This document shows positions 1-9,306 of a stretch of 33,261 nt of DNA, one piece after another. The position numbers were made by a program, and so were the translations under genes. The DNA comes from a virus: the UHGV virus genome UHGV-0185745, one strand, 5' to 3'. The notes below the pieces were generated by a model, which was not told the origin of the DNA, did not search any database, and was given only the letters and a program-made list of their open reading frames with translations. Each line of letters starts with the position of its first letter. Within the stretch, counting starts at the first letter, position 1.

Positions 1-219
1 TTACATCCACATAATTTGCTGCCCTGACGGCAACGGGTGCGGCCTCACGGCGTGGACTTCTCCCGGCTTCACGATGTATCGCTGTACCGACTCATAAGTG
101 ATGAACGTGGCGCTGCAATTCACGTTCTGGCACTGGTGATAACGCTCTTTTGTCGTGTCAGTGATATAGCGACTTGTACGCGCATGTGCGGCATGCTGGC
201 ATAAAGGACAATGAAACAT
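1..219 (-). CDS. ogr: Late transcription activator Ogr (C4 zinc-finger), 72 aa
   Basis: ORF MFHCPLCQHAAHARTSRYITDTTKERYHQCQNVNCSATF... with CxxC...CxxxxC zinc finger; ATG at 219..217; terminal position next to D as in P2. Track ORF 1..282 extends 21 codons upstream of this ATG. Confidence 0.9.
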   Translation of the reverse strand: MFHCPLCQHAAHARTSRYITDTTKERYHQCQNVNCSATFITYESVQRYIVKPGEVHAVRPHPLPSGQQIMWM

Positions 220-300
220 CGCGAGCACCTCTTCCGGTTTTGTTGATGGTGCCATTTTAGTTAATTTATCCTTATAAAACAAACAGATAAAATAAAAACA

Positions 301-1464
301 TCACTCATCATCTTCTGTTTCGTACTCCACATCAGAAAGCCTGACCTCAAGCTCCAAGGACGTCGTGAAGCCGCTATTATTCAGAAAATGTGTCACCTTA
401 GTGATTGTCCAGTCCTGCTCGTCTATGACGCGCTTAAAGCCTGATACTTTGACCGGCGTTTCCGTGTAAATATCTGCACGACCGGTAGCCAGGATGATGG
501 AGAACTCCGCAACGCCCCGTTGCAGTTTATCCCACTTCGCCTGAGCGGCGCGCATGGCCTGCGCTTTCGTGGCATATACCGTGGTCAGGGCAAAAACGTT
601 ATCAGCCTCACCGGCCATGTATTCACCTTCGCGCGCTTCCGGTACTTTAGGCGCTTTCTTCTGCCTGACCGGTTTCGCTTTCGGGTGCTCCAGTGCGCGC
701 AGGTGTTTTTCTTTCTTTTTGCGTTTCAGTTTTACCTTCTGCTTTTGCGGTTTCGGGTCTTTGGTGTGTAACCACTTTGCTGTTACGCCGGTATAGGCTC
801 CACGGTCAGCAATCGCAAAATGATGGCGGTCGCCGTCACTGCGGGTGATGGTAATCTGCGGGATTTTTTTACCGCTGGCCGTCACCCCCTGCCCCGCTTT
901 GAGAAACAACAGTTTTCCCATTTTTACCGACACCTCACCGCCGTTGCGTTCTGCAAGACGGGTCAGGAATTTCGCATCAGATTCCTGCGACTGGTCGATG
1001 TGCGGGATTTTAATTCCGGCCAGTGACGGAGCGACACTGGCTTCCAGCTTGTTACGGGAGGCTATCGCCTCAACAATCGCACCGAGCGTGGTGTCATGCC
1101 AGGAGCCTTCACGGCGGGAATTGAGCGCCCCGCGGAAATCTGCACTCCGGGCGCGGATGGTGACCACATCCGGCGCGCCCCGGTGTTCGACCTCATCAAC
1201 GGTGAATTTCCCTTTGCATACCAGGGCAAAACCTTTCCAGCCGATATACACCGTCAGGACAGCGCCACGAACCGGCAGCCCGACCTGCCCGTCGGCATCG
1301 TTCAGTTCAATATCAAGCTGGTCAGCCTCAAAGCCCCGGTTATCCGTCAGGGTCATGCTCATCAGACGGTCACTGATATTGCCGGTAATATCCCTGCTGT
1401 CGAGCATCAGCATGTAATCCGGCGTCAGCGTACTGCCTGCATCAAATGTCAGCGCATCCAGCAT
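301..1464 (-). CDS. D: Tail protein D (baseplate hub-like, late control gene D), 387 aa
   Basis: Length and position identical to P2 gpD; follows U; stop/start overlap with U (TGATG). Confidence 0.88.
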   Translation of the reverse strand: MLDALTFDAGSTLTPDYMLMLDSRDITGNISDRLMSMTLTDNRGFEADQLDIELNDADGQVGLPVRGAVLTVYIGWKGFALVCKGKFTVDEVEHRGAPDVVTIRARSADFRGALNSRREGSWHDTTLGAIVEAIASRNKLEASVAPSLAGIKIPHIDQSQESDAKFLTRLAERNGGEVSVKMGKLLFLKAGQGVTASGKKIPQITITRSDGDRHHFAIADRGAYTGVTAKWLHTKDPKPQKQKVKLKRKKKEKHLRALEHPKAKPVRQKKAPKVPEAREGEYMAGEADNVFALTTVYATKAQAMRAAQAKWDKLQRGVAEFSIILATGRADIYTETPVKVSGFKRVIDEQDWTITKVTHFLNNSGFTTSLELEVRLSDVEYETEDDE

Positions 1465-1943
1465 TATCCCGCCCCCGTCATACCCGTGAATCTGGTCGCC
1501 ATACTGCCAGCCTTACCGATGAGCGATTCCGCCTGTTTACCGATATCGCCATAAAGCGCGGCCAGTGATTCATCAACGCGGGTGAGCGACAGCGTAAAAT
1601 CAATTTTCCGGGGTGTGCCGTCTGCAAAGAAAATACTCCCTGTTTCACTCACCCTGCTGATGACATACATGCCGTAAATCATGCCGGTGCCATCCAGCAA
1701 CGGCCACGCCCGGCCTTCCTCTGCCATCAGCCTGAGCGTGGTCATCGTCAGCTTCCCGCCGGTCAGTTCGGGATAAAGCACACCGGCAAGCGTCATGTTT
1801 TCCTCACCCACACCGAGAAACTGATAGGCATCCCGTTTACCGATACGGGAATTTGACGGCCAGCGATAATCTGATTCACGCTGCATGGTCTGGTGTGGCA
1901 GCGTCTGGCGCATAAAAACAAACATACCTAACGCGAGCATCAT
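1464..1943 (-). CDS. U: Tail protein U, 159 aa
   Basis: Synteny T-U-D and P2-like length. Confidence 0.85.
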   Translation of the reverse strand: MMLALGMFVFMRQTLPHQTMQRESDYRWPSNSRIGKRDAYQFLGVGEENMTLAGVLYPELTGGKLTMTTLRLMAEEGRAWPLLDGTGMIYGMYVISRVSETGSIFFADGTPRKIDFTLSLTRVDESLAALYGDIGKQAESLIGKAGSMATRFTGMTGAG

Positions 1944-1957
1944 TTTTCGTCACCTCC

Positions 1958-4405
1958 TTAACCGTCATGCATCATGCTGGCACGGGCGCGCGCACGTTTA
2001 TCCCGCTCGTATTTTTCGAGCGCATCCTGTAACTGGCGGTCAAGCTGTGTCCCCGGCGCAGTACCACCCGTCAGGCTGATGTGATATTCGTTTTTACTCT
2101 GGTCTACATAAGAGCGGCCAGCCGGTGCCGTGACCGGCTGATAAGCCTGATAGCCTGCATAAGAGCTGGTCGCCGGAATATAACCACCGGTGCTATACGT
2201 GACGGCATTAGTCCTTGCGGCGGTCTGGTCGAGTGTGTCTGACTCTTTGTTGATAACACCGAGTTTTTCCAGTACCCAGTCAATACCACTGCGCAGTTTG
2301 TTGAACGCATTAAGCGGCAGCATCAACGCGTCAGCCAGTGCCTGCCCGAACATGACGCCCGTATCACGGCAACGGTTCAGGGTGTCCTGGGTGGCTTTGA
2401 CCGGGGCAATCAAGTTTTTAAACCACTGCCACGCGGCCTGTAACTTTTCACCCAGCCAGTCAAACAGCGGCTTAAGTGGCGTGAACAGTTCCCCCACCGG
2501 CGCAAATGCTGCTTTCAGCCCTTCAACCACACCGCCAAAGAATGCGCTGACAGGCTCCCAGTATTTACGGATAAGCAACGCCCCGGCGACAATGGCGGCC
2601 ACCACGGCCACAACCGGCCAGCTAATCGCCCCGATGGCCGTCATAACGGCACTGCCGACCGTCGTGAAGATTGCCCCCATTGCGCCTGCTGCCGCGATAA
2701 TGGCATTGATGCCGGTGATAACCGGCCAGGCTACGAGGCCAATGGCACCGATGATGCCAGTAAGCGCCAGTGCGCCACCGGCAATGAGACCAATGGTTGA
2801 CGCCAGTGATTTGTTTTTCTGTATCCAGCCGTCGAGTTTTAACACATACTTTGTGGCCGTCTGCGTGAGCTTACGCAGCGCGCCTTCCTGCTGGTCAAAC
2901 AGGTCAGTCCCCACCGCCTCATAAGCGGACTGAAACTCCTTAAAGTCACCGCCGAGGTTGTCCTGCATGATATTTACCAGCTCGGCGGTCTTCCCGTCTG
3001 AGGCTTTAAACGCAGCGGTCAGTTTGTCCAGCTTTCCGGTTGAGGCGGCAGTCATCAGCACAGCGGCGGCTGAGCTGGCCTCCTCCCCGAAAATGGTTTT
3101 CATGTATTCAGCCTGCTGGGCAGTACCGAGCCGGTTTTTCTCAAAACTGGCCTGCATTTCTTTCAGAATGGTAAATACTGGTCGGGTATTCCCCTTGCTG
3201 TCTGAGGTTTTCACGCCAAGCTCTTTGAGTGCATCCCATGCTTTTCCCGTCGGTGCCTGCAGGCGACTTAACACGGCACGGCTTCCCGTCCCCGCCATTG
3301 AGCCTGTGATTTTTGCATCATGCAGCGCCCCGACCATTGCGGCGGTTTCTTCAATGCTGACACCGGCATTTTTTGCCACAGGTGCGGCATAGGTCAGCGC
3401 ATCGCTCATGCCGTCAAAATCGGCGGCGGTTTTGTTCATCGTCATGGAGAGAACATCCCCGATATGAGCGACCTTATCGTTTGAAAGCTGAAAGGCAGAT
3501 TTCATCCCCATCAGCAGGGCGGCGTTTTCTTCCATCGTGCGACGGTTTGCCAGTGCCATATTCAGCGTGACCGGCGTTGCCGCCTGAATAGCCGCAGCAT
3601 CTCCACCCGCTTTCGCAATGATAATCTGTGCACCGGCTGCATCATCTGCCGAGGCGGCGGTATTGTCGCCGAGCTGGCGCGCCTGCTTGCGGAGTGCGGT
3701 CATTTCGGCAGAGTCTTTTGCCACTCCCAGCACGGCCTGCAATTCTGAGTTTTTCTGCGCAAACTCATAACCGGGCATCAGCAGCTTAACTCCGGCCAGC
3801 GTTCCCGCCGCCGCAATCCCCACACCGGCAGCGCCCACCGAGGCCATATTTCCGGCCAGTTCCTTTCCGGCCTGATCACGCTGTTTTACTGCGTTAAGTT
3901 TTGCCTGTTGCGCACTGACACGTGCCAGCGCATCACGCTGACGGTTAAGCTGTGTGGTGGTTTCGCTGATACGGTTTTTCAGCCCTCGTTCATCATGCGC
4001 CAGATTACGGGTATTAATACCCGCCTGACTCAGTTCCTGACGCTGGCGCTGTACCGACAATCTCAGGCTGTTATATTTCGCCTGTAACTCAGACGCATTT
4101 TTACGCGCGGCTTCCATTGCCTTTGCCTGTGCATTTGTCGGTCGTTCAGTATTTTTAAACTGGACAGCCAGAGCTGCGGCTTCCTGTCTGGCTTTTTTCA
4201 ACTCCTGACCAGTCACGGCGAGCTGTGCACTGGTCTTGCGAAATTCCTCAATACGGGATGCCTGACCGTTCAGCTCGCGCAGTGATTTTTGTGTTTCCCG
4301 GATATCCCCCGACAGCGACTTGCTCGCTGTGCGGATGGATTTAAACGGGCGGGATGCCTGGTCAACAGCCCTGAGCAATACCTGTAATTTTACATTGTTA
4401 CTCAT
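1958..4405 (-). CDS. T: Tail tape measure protein T, 815 aa
   Basis: 815-aa Ala/Gln-rich protein with coiled-coil N-terminus and hydrophobic glycine-rich segments; located after E/E' as in P2. Confidence 0.9.
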   Translation of the reverse strand: MSNNVKLQVLLRAVDQASRPFKSIRTASKSLSGDIRETQKSLRELNGQASRIEEFRKTSAQLAVTGQELKKARQEAAALAVQFKNTERPTNAQAKAMEAARKNASELQAKYNSLRLSVQRQRQELSQAGINTRNLAHDERGLKNRISETTTQLNRQRDALARVSAQQAKLNAVKQRDQAGKELAGNMASVGAAGVGIAAAGTLAGVKLLMPGYEFAQKNSELQAVLGVAKDSAEMTALRKQARQLGDNTAASADDAAGAQIIIAKAGGDAAAIQAATPVTLNMALANRRTMEENAALLMGMKSAFQLSNDKVAHIGDVLSMTMNKTAADFDGMSDALTYAAPVAKNAGVSIEETAAMVGALHDAKITGSMAGTGSRAVLSRLQAPTGKAWDALKELGVKTSDSKGNTRPVFTILKEMQASFEKNRLGTAQQAEYMKTIFGEEASSAAAVLMTAASTGKLDKLTAAFKASDGKTAELVNIMQDNLGGDFKEFQSAYEAVGTDLFDQQEGALRKLTQTATKYVLKLDGWIQKNKSLASTIGLIAGGALALTGIIGAIGLVAWPVITGINAIIAAAGAMGAIFTTVGSAVMTAIGAISWPVVAVVAAIVAGALLIRKYWEPVSAFFGGVVEGLKAAFAPVGELFTPLKPLFDWLGEKLQAAWQWFKNLIAPVKATQDTLNRCRDTGVMFGQALADALMLPLNAFNKLRSGIDWVLEKLGVINKESDTLDQTAARTNAVTYSTGGYIPATSSYAGYQAYQPVTAPAGRSYVDQSKNEYHISLTGGTAPGTQLDRQLQDALEKYERDKRARARASMMHDG

Positions 4406-4825
4406 TCGTGTTTCCGCTTCGCCGGAGCGCCTTTTCGCGCCATGTGATGAGTTCGGTCAGGCTCATGGGATACAGTTCTGATGGCGGCCAGTGAAATATC
4501 ACTGCCACATCCGCCATCAGGTCATCGACCGACAGATTTTTCGGAAACGTCACTGCACCGAGTTCGGCGACAAAAAACCGACCACCTTACCGGCCAGCGC
4601 CACAAGGTCAGGCAGTTCCAGCGCGGCGACTTCCTGCTCGGTCAGCATCGGTGCCGTCATGCGCGGCAGCACCTTAATCAGTGCATCGACTTCGGAGTTT
4701 GCAACCGCAGCCAGACTGACACCGCGCAGCGTCCCGGCATTGGGTTTCATCAGCGTGACCTGTTCGATAACCTGCTCACCACGTTTGACCGGATTTTCCA
4801 GGGTAATGACATTTTCTTTGTTCAT
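4398..4825 (-). CDS. E+E': E+E' frameshift fusion product, 142 aa predicted (-1 frameshift at T_TTT_TTG)
   Basis: Minus-strand GGT TTT TTG at 4579..4571; shifting -1 after TTG opens a 57-codon extension ending at TAA 4400..4398; 85+57=142 aa, the size of the P2 E+E' product; E' overlaps the T start (ATG 4405). Confidence 0.7.
4550..4825 (-). CDS. E: Tail assembly chaperone E, 91 aa (zero-frame product)
   Basis: 91-aa ORF immediately upstream of T; contains slippery heptamer near its 3' end. Confidence 0.85.
   Translation of the reverse strand: MNKENVITLENPVKRGEQVIEQVTLMKPNAGTLRGVSLAAVANSEVDALIKVLPRMTAPMLTEQEVAALELPDLVALAGKVVGFLSPNSVQ
4571..4577 (-). other. Programmed -1 ribosomal frameshift slippery site (T TTT TTG)
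   Basis: X_XXY_YYZ heptamer in E reading frame; analogous to lambda G/GT tail chaperone frameshift. Confidence 0.65.
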
Positions 4826-4881
4826 GGTTTTCTCACTTCTGAATCAGGGTTAACCGGTCAGCCTGGCTGACCGTATGAAAA

Positions 4882-5400
4882 TCACAGGCCGATATTTCGG
4901 CGGTGTTGCTCCAGCCGGTCGACGCCGTTCACCTTCTCAATCATGTTGATGGTGTCGATTTCGACCAGCTCCTTACCGTCCATCGTCAGCCGGAAATAAG
5001 TACAAATCACCGGGAGTTTCGATTCGGTATCCTCTCCCTGTTTACCCTCTCCGGTGTCGACTTCTTTCTGACGCCCACGCATGACCACTTCGACGGCCAC
5101 CGTTTCGCCGGTATCGTCGCGCTGGTAAGAACCAGCAAAACGAATCGGTACGGCATCAGCACTGGTTGCAGCGTAAAGCTCCCAGATAACCGAATCCGGG
5201 AATCCACCGAGCGACCACTCCATTGACAGCGCATCATCATCAAGGCCGAGGTCTACCGGTGCGCTGCCGTTCATTCCCGCACCGCGATAATTTTCGAGCT
5301 TACGGGTCAGTTTTGGCAGCGTGACGGAATTTGCAACGCCCTGATAGCTGTAGCCGTTCAGAAAGACATTCATGTATTTGAGTTTGCGCGGCATTGCCAT
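4882..5400 (-). CDS. FII: Tail tube protein FII, 172 aa
   Basis: Synteny FI-FII-E and P2-like length. Confidence 0.88.
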   Translation of the reverse strand: MAMPRKLKYMNVFLNGYSYQGVANSVTLPKLTRKLENYRGAGMNGSAPVDLGLDDDALSMEWSLGGFPDSVIWELYAATSADAVPIRFAGSYQRDDTGETVAVEVVMRGRQKEVDTGEGKQGEDTESKLPVICTYFRLTMDGKELVEIDTINMIEKVNGVDRLEQHRRNIGL

Positions 5401-5412
5401 CGGTCAGGCTCC

Positions 5413-6603
5413 TTAATTGCTGTTAACCGAGGTGACCAGATTTGCCAGGTATTTATCGGTGATACGCTGGCGCAGGGTCAGGTTTTCGAGAGGAGGCGCC
5501 GGGGTATAGTCGTAGTCGATATACAGTTTTCCGGCCTTGAGGGTTTCCGCATCGTTGGATTCTTCGCTGAACCAGCATGTGCCATCCACGATATAACCGT
5601 TGCTTTTCAGTTCGCGGAATTTGGCATTGATGCCGTCAACGATGTCGCGAATCAGCGTTGCGGTGATGGGCTTGTCCACCGCCCACATGTGCGCCTCAGC
5701 CATCGTGTCGGCCAGCACCTGCGCGGTGCGGGTGTAGTTTTCAAAGAGGAACAGCGGGTCATCAGAGCAGGTACGGTTACCCCAGAAGCGGAAACCGTCA
5801 CGGCGAATCAGCGTTGTGACACCTGACTCGTTCAGCAGGTCAGCATCGGTGCCGGACTCCTGCAAATCCCAGAATACGGACGCACTGATGCCGGTAACAC
5901 CGTTTACCCCGACGTTGGACAGCGTTTTATGCCAGCCCTGCTCCTGGTCGATTCTGGCACGCAGACCCAGCGCACGGGCGGTGGCATACGCGGTGGCGGT
6001 GGTACTGGTGACCGTATCCCATGCGAGGAAATCCGGCCAGATGACCATCAGCTCACGCTGGCTGAAATTCTGGCGGTAGGCTTTCACCTCGGAAATGGTT
6101 TTACAGCCCCATGCGCTGATATACCCGAAAGCGCGCAGCTTCTGGCAGACTGATGCCAGTGCAACAGCCACCTCTTTGGTGTCCAGTCCCGGCACACCGA
6201 GAATACGCGGTTTAACACCGGTTACCGACTCTGCCGCCAGCAGGGCTTTCAGTCCGGTATACTGACCGTTTTCGTCAGTGGTGCCGATGATATTGGAAAC
6301 GGTCTGCGCGAGTTTCGTTTCTTCGTCGTCGCCGGTGCCGTCTTCCACACGCACGACAACGGTGACCGGTTTTGACTGGTCAGCGATGGCCTGCAGCGAC
6401 GCCGCCAGCGTGCCTTTTTTACCGGCCTTTGCAATTGCGCTCTGCACATTGGTAATCAGCACAGGTTTATTGAGGGGGAAGGTTTCCGCATCCGCATCGC
6501 TGGCCGTGCAGACCATGCCGACAATGGCAGTGGATACAGTGGAAATGACGCGGGTGCCGTCGTTAATCTCCAGCACCTGCACGCCGTGATGATAGTCACT
6601 CAT
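5413..6603 (-). CDS. FI: Contractile tail sheath protein FI, 396 aa
   Basis: 396-aa ORF preceding FII; P2-like length and position. Confidence 0.9.
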   Translation of the reverse strand: MSDYHHGVQVLEINDGTRVISTVSTAIVGMVCTASDADAETFPLNKPVLITNVQSAIAKAGKKGTLAASLQAIADQSKPVTVVVRVEDGTGDDEETKLAQTVSNIIGTTDENGQYTGLKALLAAESVTGVKPRILGVPGLDTKEVAVALASVCQKLRAFGYISAWGCKTISEVKAYRQNFSQRELMVIWPDFLAWDTVTSTTATAYATARALGLRARIDQEQGWHKTLSNVGVNGVTGISASVFWDLQESGTDADLLNESGVTTLIRRDGFRFWGNRTCSDDPLFLFENYTRTAQVLADTMAEAHMWAVDKPITATLIRDIVDGINAKFRELKSNGYIVDGTCWFSEESNDAETLKAGKLYIDYDYTPAPPLENLTLRQRITDKYLANLVTSVNSN

Positions 6604-6700
6604 CCGTTTAACTCCGTGGTTAATGGGTGCAACTATTTTCTGTTGTGCAGAGCATGAGACGCTATTTGACCTGGCTGGTCAGTGGATGAAACAACAGATA

Positions 6701-6726
6701 AAGAAAAGGCGAGCAATCAGCCCGCC
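6701..6726 (-). terminator. Possible intrinsic terminator insulating the cargo island from the FI late operon
   Basis: Minus-strand GGCGGG-CUGAUU-GCUCGCC hairpin (one G-U) followed by UUUUCUUUAUCUGUUGUUU. Confidence 0.3.
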
Positions 6727-6945
6727 TGCCTTGATTTGTACTCTCTCAGTTTCCAACTGACAAATTACGTAACCAAAACTCTGTCAAATCTGACAGTCTG
6801 CTTTGAGCGAAAAACAGGTATTGAGATACATAATAAATCATCTCAATTTTCAACTTTTCTGCCACTTAACATCTTGAGTAGTAAATAGTACAAAACTATC
6901 TACTGCCGAAGGGCTCTAGGAAGTATGGTTTCTGCACAATAAGAC

Positions 6946-7089
6946 TTATATCGGCTCACGGGGAGCCAAAAGATATTCATTGCCTAGAATTTGCAGATGA
7001 GGTGGTAATCTGTACTGGGGCGGTACTGCAACAGCTATGTATATTTCCACTGCGGTAATCTGTACCAGCAGGTAGAAGCTGTTATACAT
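6946..7089 (-). CDS. Candidate small ORF, 47 aa, hydrophobic N-terminus (MYNSFYLLVQITAVEIYIAVAVPPQY...)
   Basis: ATG 7089..7087 preceded by AGGGGCGGUG; not in the ORF track (<60 aa); overlaps an inverted repeat that could sequester its RBS. A 12-bp direct repeat falls in two different frames inside it, which argues against coding. Confidence 0.25.
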   Translation of the reverse strand: MYNSFYLLVQITAVEIYIAVAVPPQYRLPPHLQILGNEYLLAPREPI

Positions 7090-7125
7090 CACCGCCCCTG
7101 TAGTGCTAATCCGGAGATAGCACTA
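7017..7125. repeat. Structured non-coding element: 8-bp inverted repeat GGGGCGGT(7017-7024)/ACCGCCCC(7091-7098), 12-bp direct repeat GGTAATCTGTAC (7004-7015, 7054-7065), and 8-bp stem hairpin TAGTGCTA/TAGCACTA (7101-7108/7118-7125)
   Basis: Read directly from the sequence; located 50-170 nt downstream of the TOPRIM-like gene stop. Confidence 0.5.
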
Positions 7126-7177
7126 CTCTCATCAAGGCTTGTTCTTCCATAAACCGCAATAGGTGTTAGTTTTAGCC

Positions 7178-8035
7178 TTAATGTAAAATTAACAATTGAT
7201 TCAGACGCTTATGTAATTTTGTGGTTCTAAATGTATGATGATCGTAACTCATACGCATATAACTATCTATCTCATCCAGACGCATGTTCTTATTTACAGA
7301 TATATCAGTTTCATACATCATTTTTAATATACATGTAAAGTCATGACCATTGCATATAGAAAAATGATCTGGCGACATTAATTCTAATTTACGCATTTCA
7401 TTATATAAATTTTTCGCATTAAAATCCTTATCAGTACGACTCCTGCTAAGCACATGATTTATATATTTGGTTTCATCAACTACAACATCTGTCCTGTTAA
7501 TACTTACAAAATTCCTGTAATTCATTCCTTTGAAATTAAGATTGCTATGTGTAAGATAATTGTACCATTTGAGAAGTCCGATTTTATAGCATGCACAAAG
7601 GATGTTCATCTTTACATCCTGACAGAATATATCGGCCAATTCCCCTTGAATTAATTTTCTATCTGTATGTGACATAATGAATTTATCAACCGCACCACCT
7701 TTTACTAACATCATTTCAAGGTCATGAGCATCAGTATAAAAAATCCCCTCGTGATTTATTCCGCTTAACTCATCAAAGTCCGCGTCACATACACCATACA
7801 CAGCATTATTACCTGCACGACGTAATTGACTAACAGCCAATATTACTTCACGTTTTCCATTTTCAGGTGATTCATAAATGATTCTATTATCAAGCCGATA
7901 TGCATTGAAAAATCGGATATCTGAAATGCCCTCAACCACAATCAATATACAACGTTGATACATTTCATTTCTGAATAAAAGCATCATACTACTCAACCAA
8001 TCATCTTCGCGAACAGCATTGCGTAATGACATCAT
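7178..8035 (-). CDS. TOPRIM-like (OLD-family/DUF4435-like) putative nuclease, 285 aa; AriB-like partner of upstream ATPase
   Basis: Conserved Glu in ILIVVEGISD (E35) and DxD in YGVCDADFDE (D84, D86) about 50 aa later, the TOPRIM pattern; ATG abuts the stop of the ATPase gene (TAAATG); AT-rich. Confidence 0.6.
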   Translation of the reverse strand: MMSLRNAVREDDWLSSMMLLFRNEMYQRCILIVVEGISDIRFFNAYRLDNRIIYESPENGKREVILAVSQLRRAGNNAVYGVCDADFDELSGINHEGIFYTDAHDLEMMLVKGGAVDKFIMSHTDRKLIQGELADIFCQDVKMNILCACYKIGLLKWYNYLTHSNLNFKGMNYRNFVSINRTDVVVDETKYINHVLSRSRTDKDFNAKNLYNEMRKLELMSPDHFSICNGHDFTCILKMMYETDISVNKNMRLDEIDSYMRMSYDHHTFRTTKLHKRLNQLLILH

Positions 8036-9280
8036 TTACTCGTTTCCTTCTGAAAGCTGTTGGCTTTCATTTCTATTTCTAATCATTTCATATAGATCGT
8101 ATGTTAATTCCCAATTCTTACTAATTACTTGTGGTGAATGAGTAGCAATAATGACCTTTTCATACTTGTTAATCTTTTGTATTTTTTTGAGAGAATCCAA
8201 GAAAGTTTGTTGCCAGGCGACATGTAATGATATTTCTGGCTCGTCTATAAGAATTACTTTTTGTGAAACAAAATCGAAAATCAAATTAAAAAGAAGAACT
8301 ATTTGGTTCTGTTCACCTGATGAAAGCAAATTACGATCAATAACATCGCCATTGTGACTTTTGAAATAAAATCCGTTATCTCTATCAATCATCACTTTTT
8401 TAAAAGCTAAAACCTTTTCTTTCAAAATTGATTCAAATAAATCAATTTTTTGATGTAATGTCTGAAACGGTGACAATTTTCCAAGGGCATCTTCAATATA
8501 TAGATCCAACACACTTAGATATTCATTGCTACTATAAAAACTTGTGCTTTTTTGAGGCATTAGCTCGTTATCAGCCTGAATAAGGCCATAACGCATATAA
8601 TGTCGACGTTTATCTTGAATACCATTTAAGCGATCTTGAATATTTTCTGATGAAAATCGTTTTGATTGCTCTAAACGCTCAAATAATCGAATAGGAAATG
8701 TAGCGTCTAATTTTTGTGATAATGCAGCGGAATCATCTTGTGCATTTTTCATTAAATATTTTAATTTTCTAGCACATAAGTCAATGACTGTTTCATCAAC
8801 AGCTTTGACTTGTAATCGATCTGCACATATAAAAGATACGTCTTCTTTCGATGTAATATGACTTAACACATCCGAAGATAATGGTTTATCAGTTCGTAAT
8901 TTTTGTTTTGGTTTAACATCCCCCCTATGCAAGCTTACATAAAATAACTCTTCCATAATAGATTCATCTGTCTGTAACTTGAGTCTTTCTTCCGTTCTGT
9001 TTCCTGAGCTATTATCCAGATGATTCAATATTAAACCATCTTTATTGGTGTCATGAGTAATTGAAACAGAGCCACCTTGAAAATCAATTTTAATAAAATC
9101 AAAATTAAGTTTACAGAGAGCATTTAATTCATTTGTAAGAATACTATTGATGATTTTAAGAATCATTGTCTTACCATATCCATTTGGACCAGTAAGCATA
9201 GTAATTTCATTGTTATCCAAGGGAATTTCATAATCAAGGAGACCAAATAGTTTTTTTACTTTTAAATGTATCAATTTCAT
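8036..9280 (-). CDS. ABC-type ATPase (SMC/RecF/OLD-like; AAA_15/AAA_21-type), 414 aa; AriA-like
   Basis: Walker A GPNGYGKT (9167..9190), ABC signature LSSGEQ (aa 319-324), Walker B VILIDEPE (aa 342-349), H-loop IIATHSP; good RBS GAGG 6 nt upstream of ATG 9280. Confidence 0.7.
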   Translation of the reverse strand: MKLIHLKVKKLFGLLDYEIPLDNNEITMLTGPNGYGKTMILKIINSILTNELNALCKLNFDFIKIDFQGGSVSITHDTNKDGLILNHLDNSSGNRTEERLKLQTDESIMEELFYVSLHRGDVKPKQKLRTDKPLSSDVLSHITSKEDVSFICADRLQVKAVDETVIDLCARKLKYLMKNAQDDSAALSQKLDATFPIRLFERLEQSKRFSSENIQDRLNGIQDKRRHYMRYGLIQADNELMPQKSTSFYSSNEYLSVLDLYIEDALGKLSPFQTLHQKIDLFESILKEKVLAFKKVMIDRDNGFYFKSHNGDVIDRNLLSSGEQNQIVLLFNLIFDFVSQKVILIDEPEISLHVAWQQTFLDSLKKIQKINKYEKVIIATHSPQVISKNWELTYDLYEMIRNRNESQQLSEGNE

Positions 9281-9300
9281 ATCAACCTCGCAGACGATGA

Positions 9301-9306
9301 ATTATA
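9301..9306 (-). promoter_or_regulatory. Candidate -10 hexamer (TATAAT) for the ATPase/TOPRIM operon
   Basis: Perfect TATAAT on minus strand 20 nt upstream of the ATPase ATG; -35 is weak. Confidence 0.35.

Noticed and set aside
2190-2924. 244-aa plus-strand ORF inside the tape measure gene
   Set aside because: Antisense to a well-supported 815-aa gene in GC-rich DNA; low-complexity Ala/Thr/Pro-rich translation typical of spurious antisense frames.
6682-6888. 68-aa plus-strand ORF between FI and the TOPRIM-like gene
   Set aside because: Opposite orientation to all flanking genes, no RBS, AT-rich; likely spurious.
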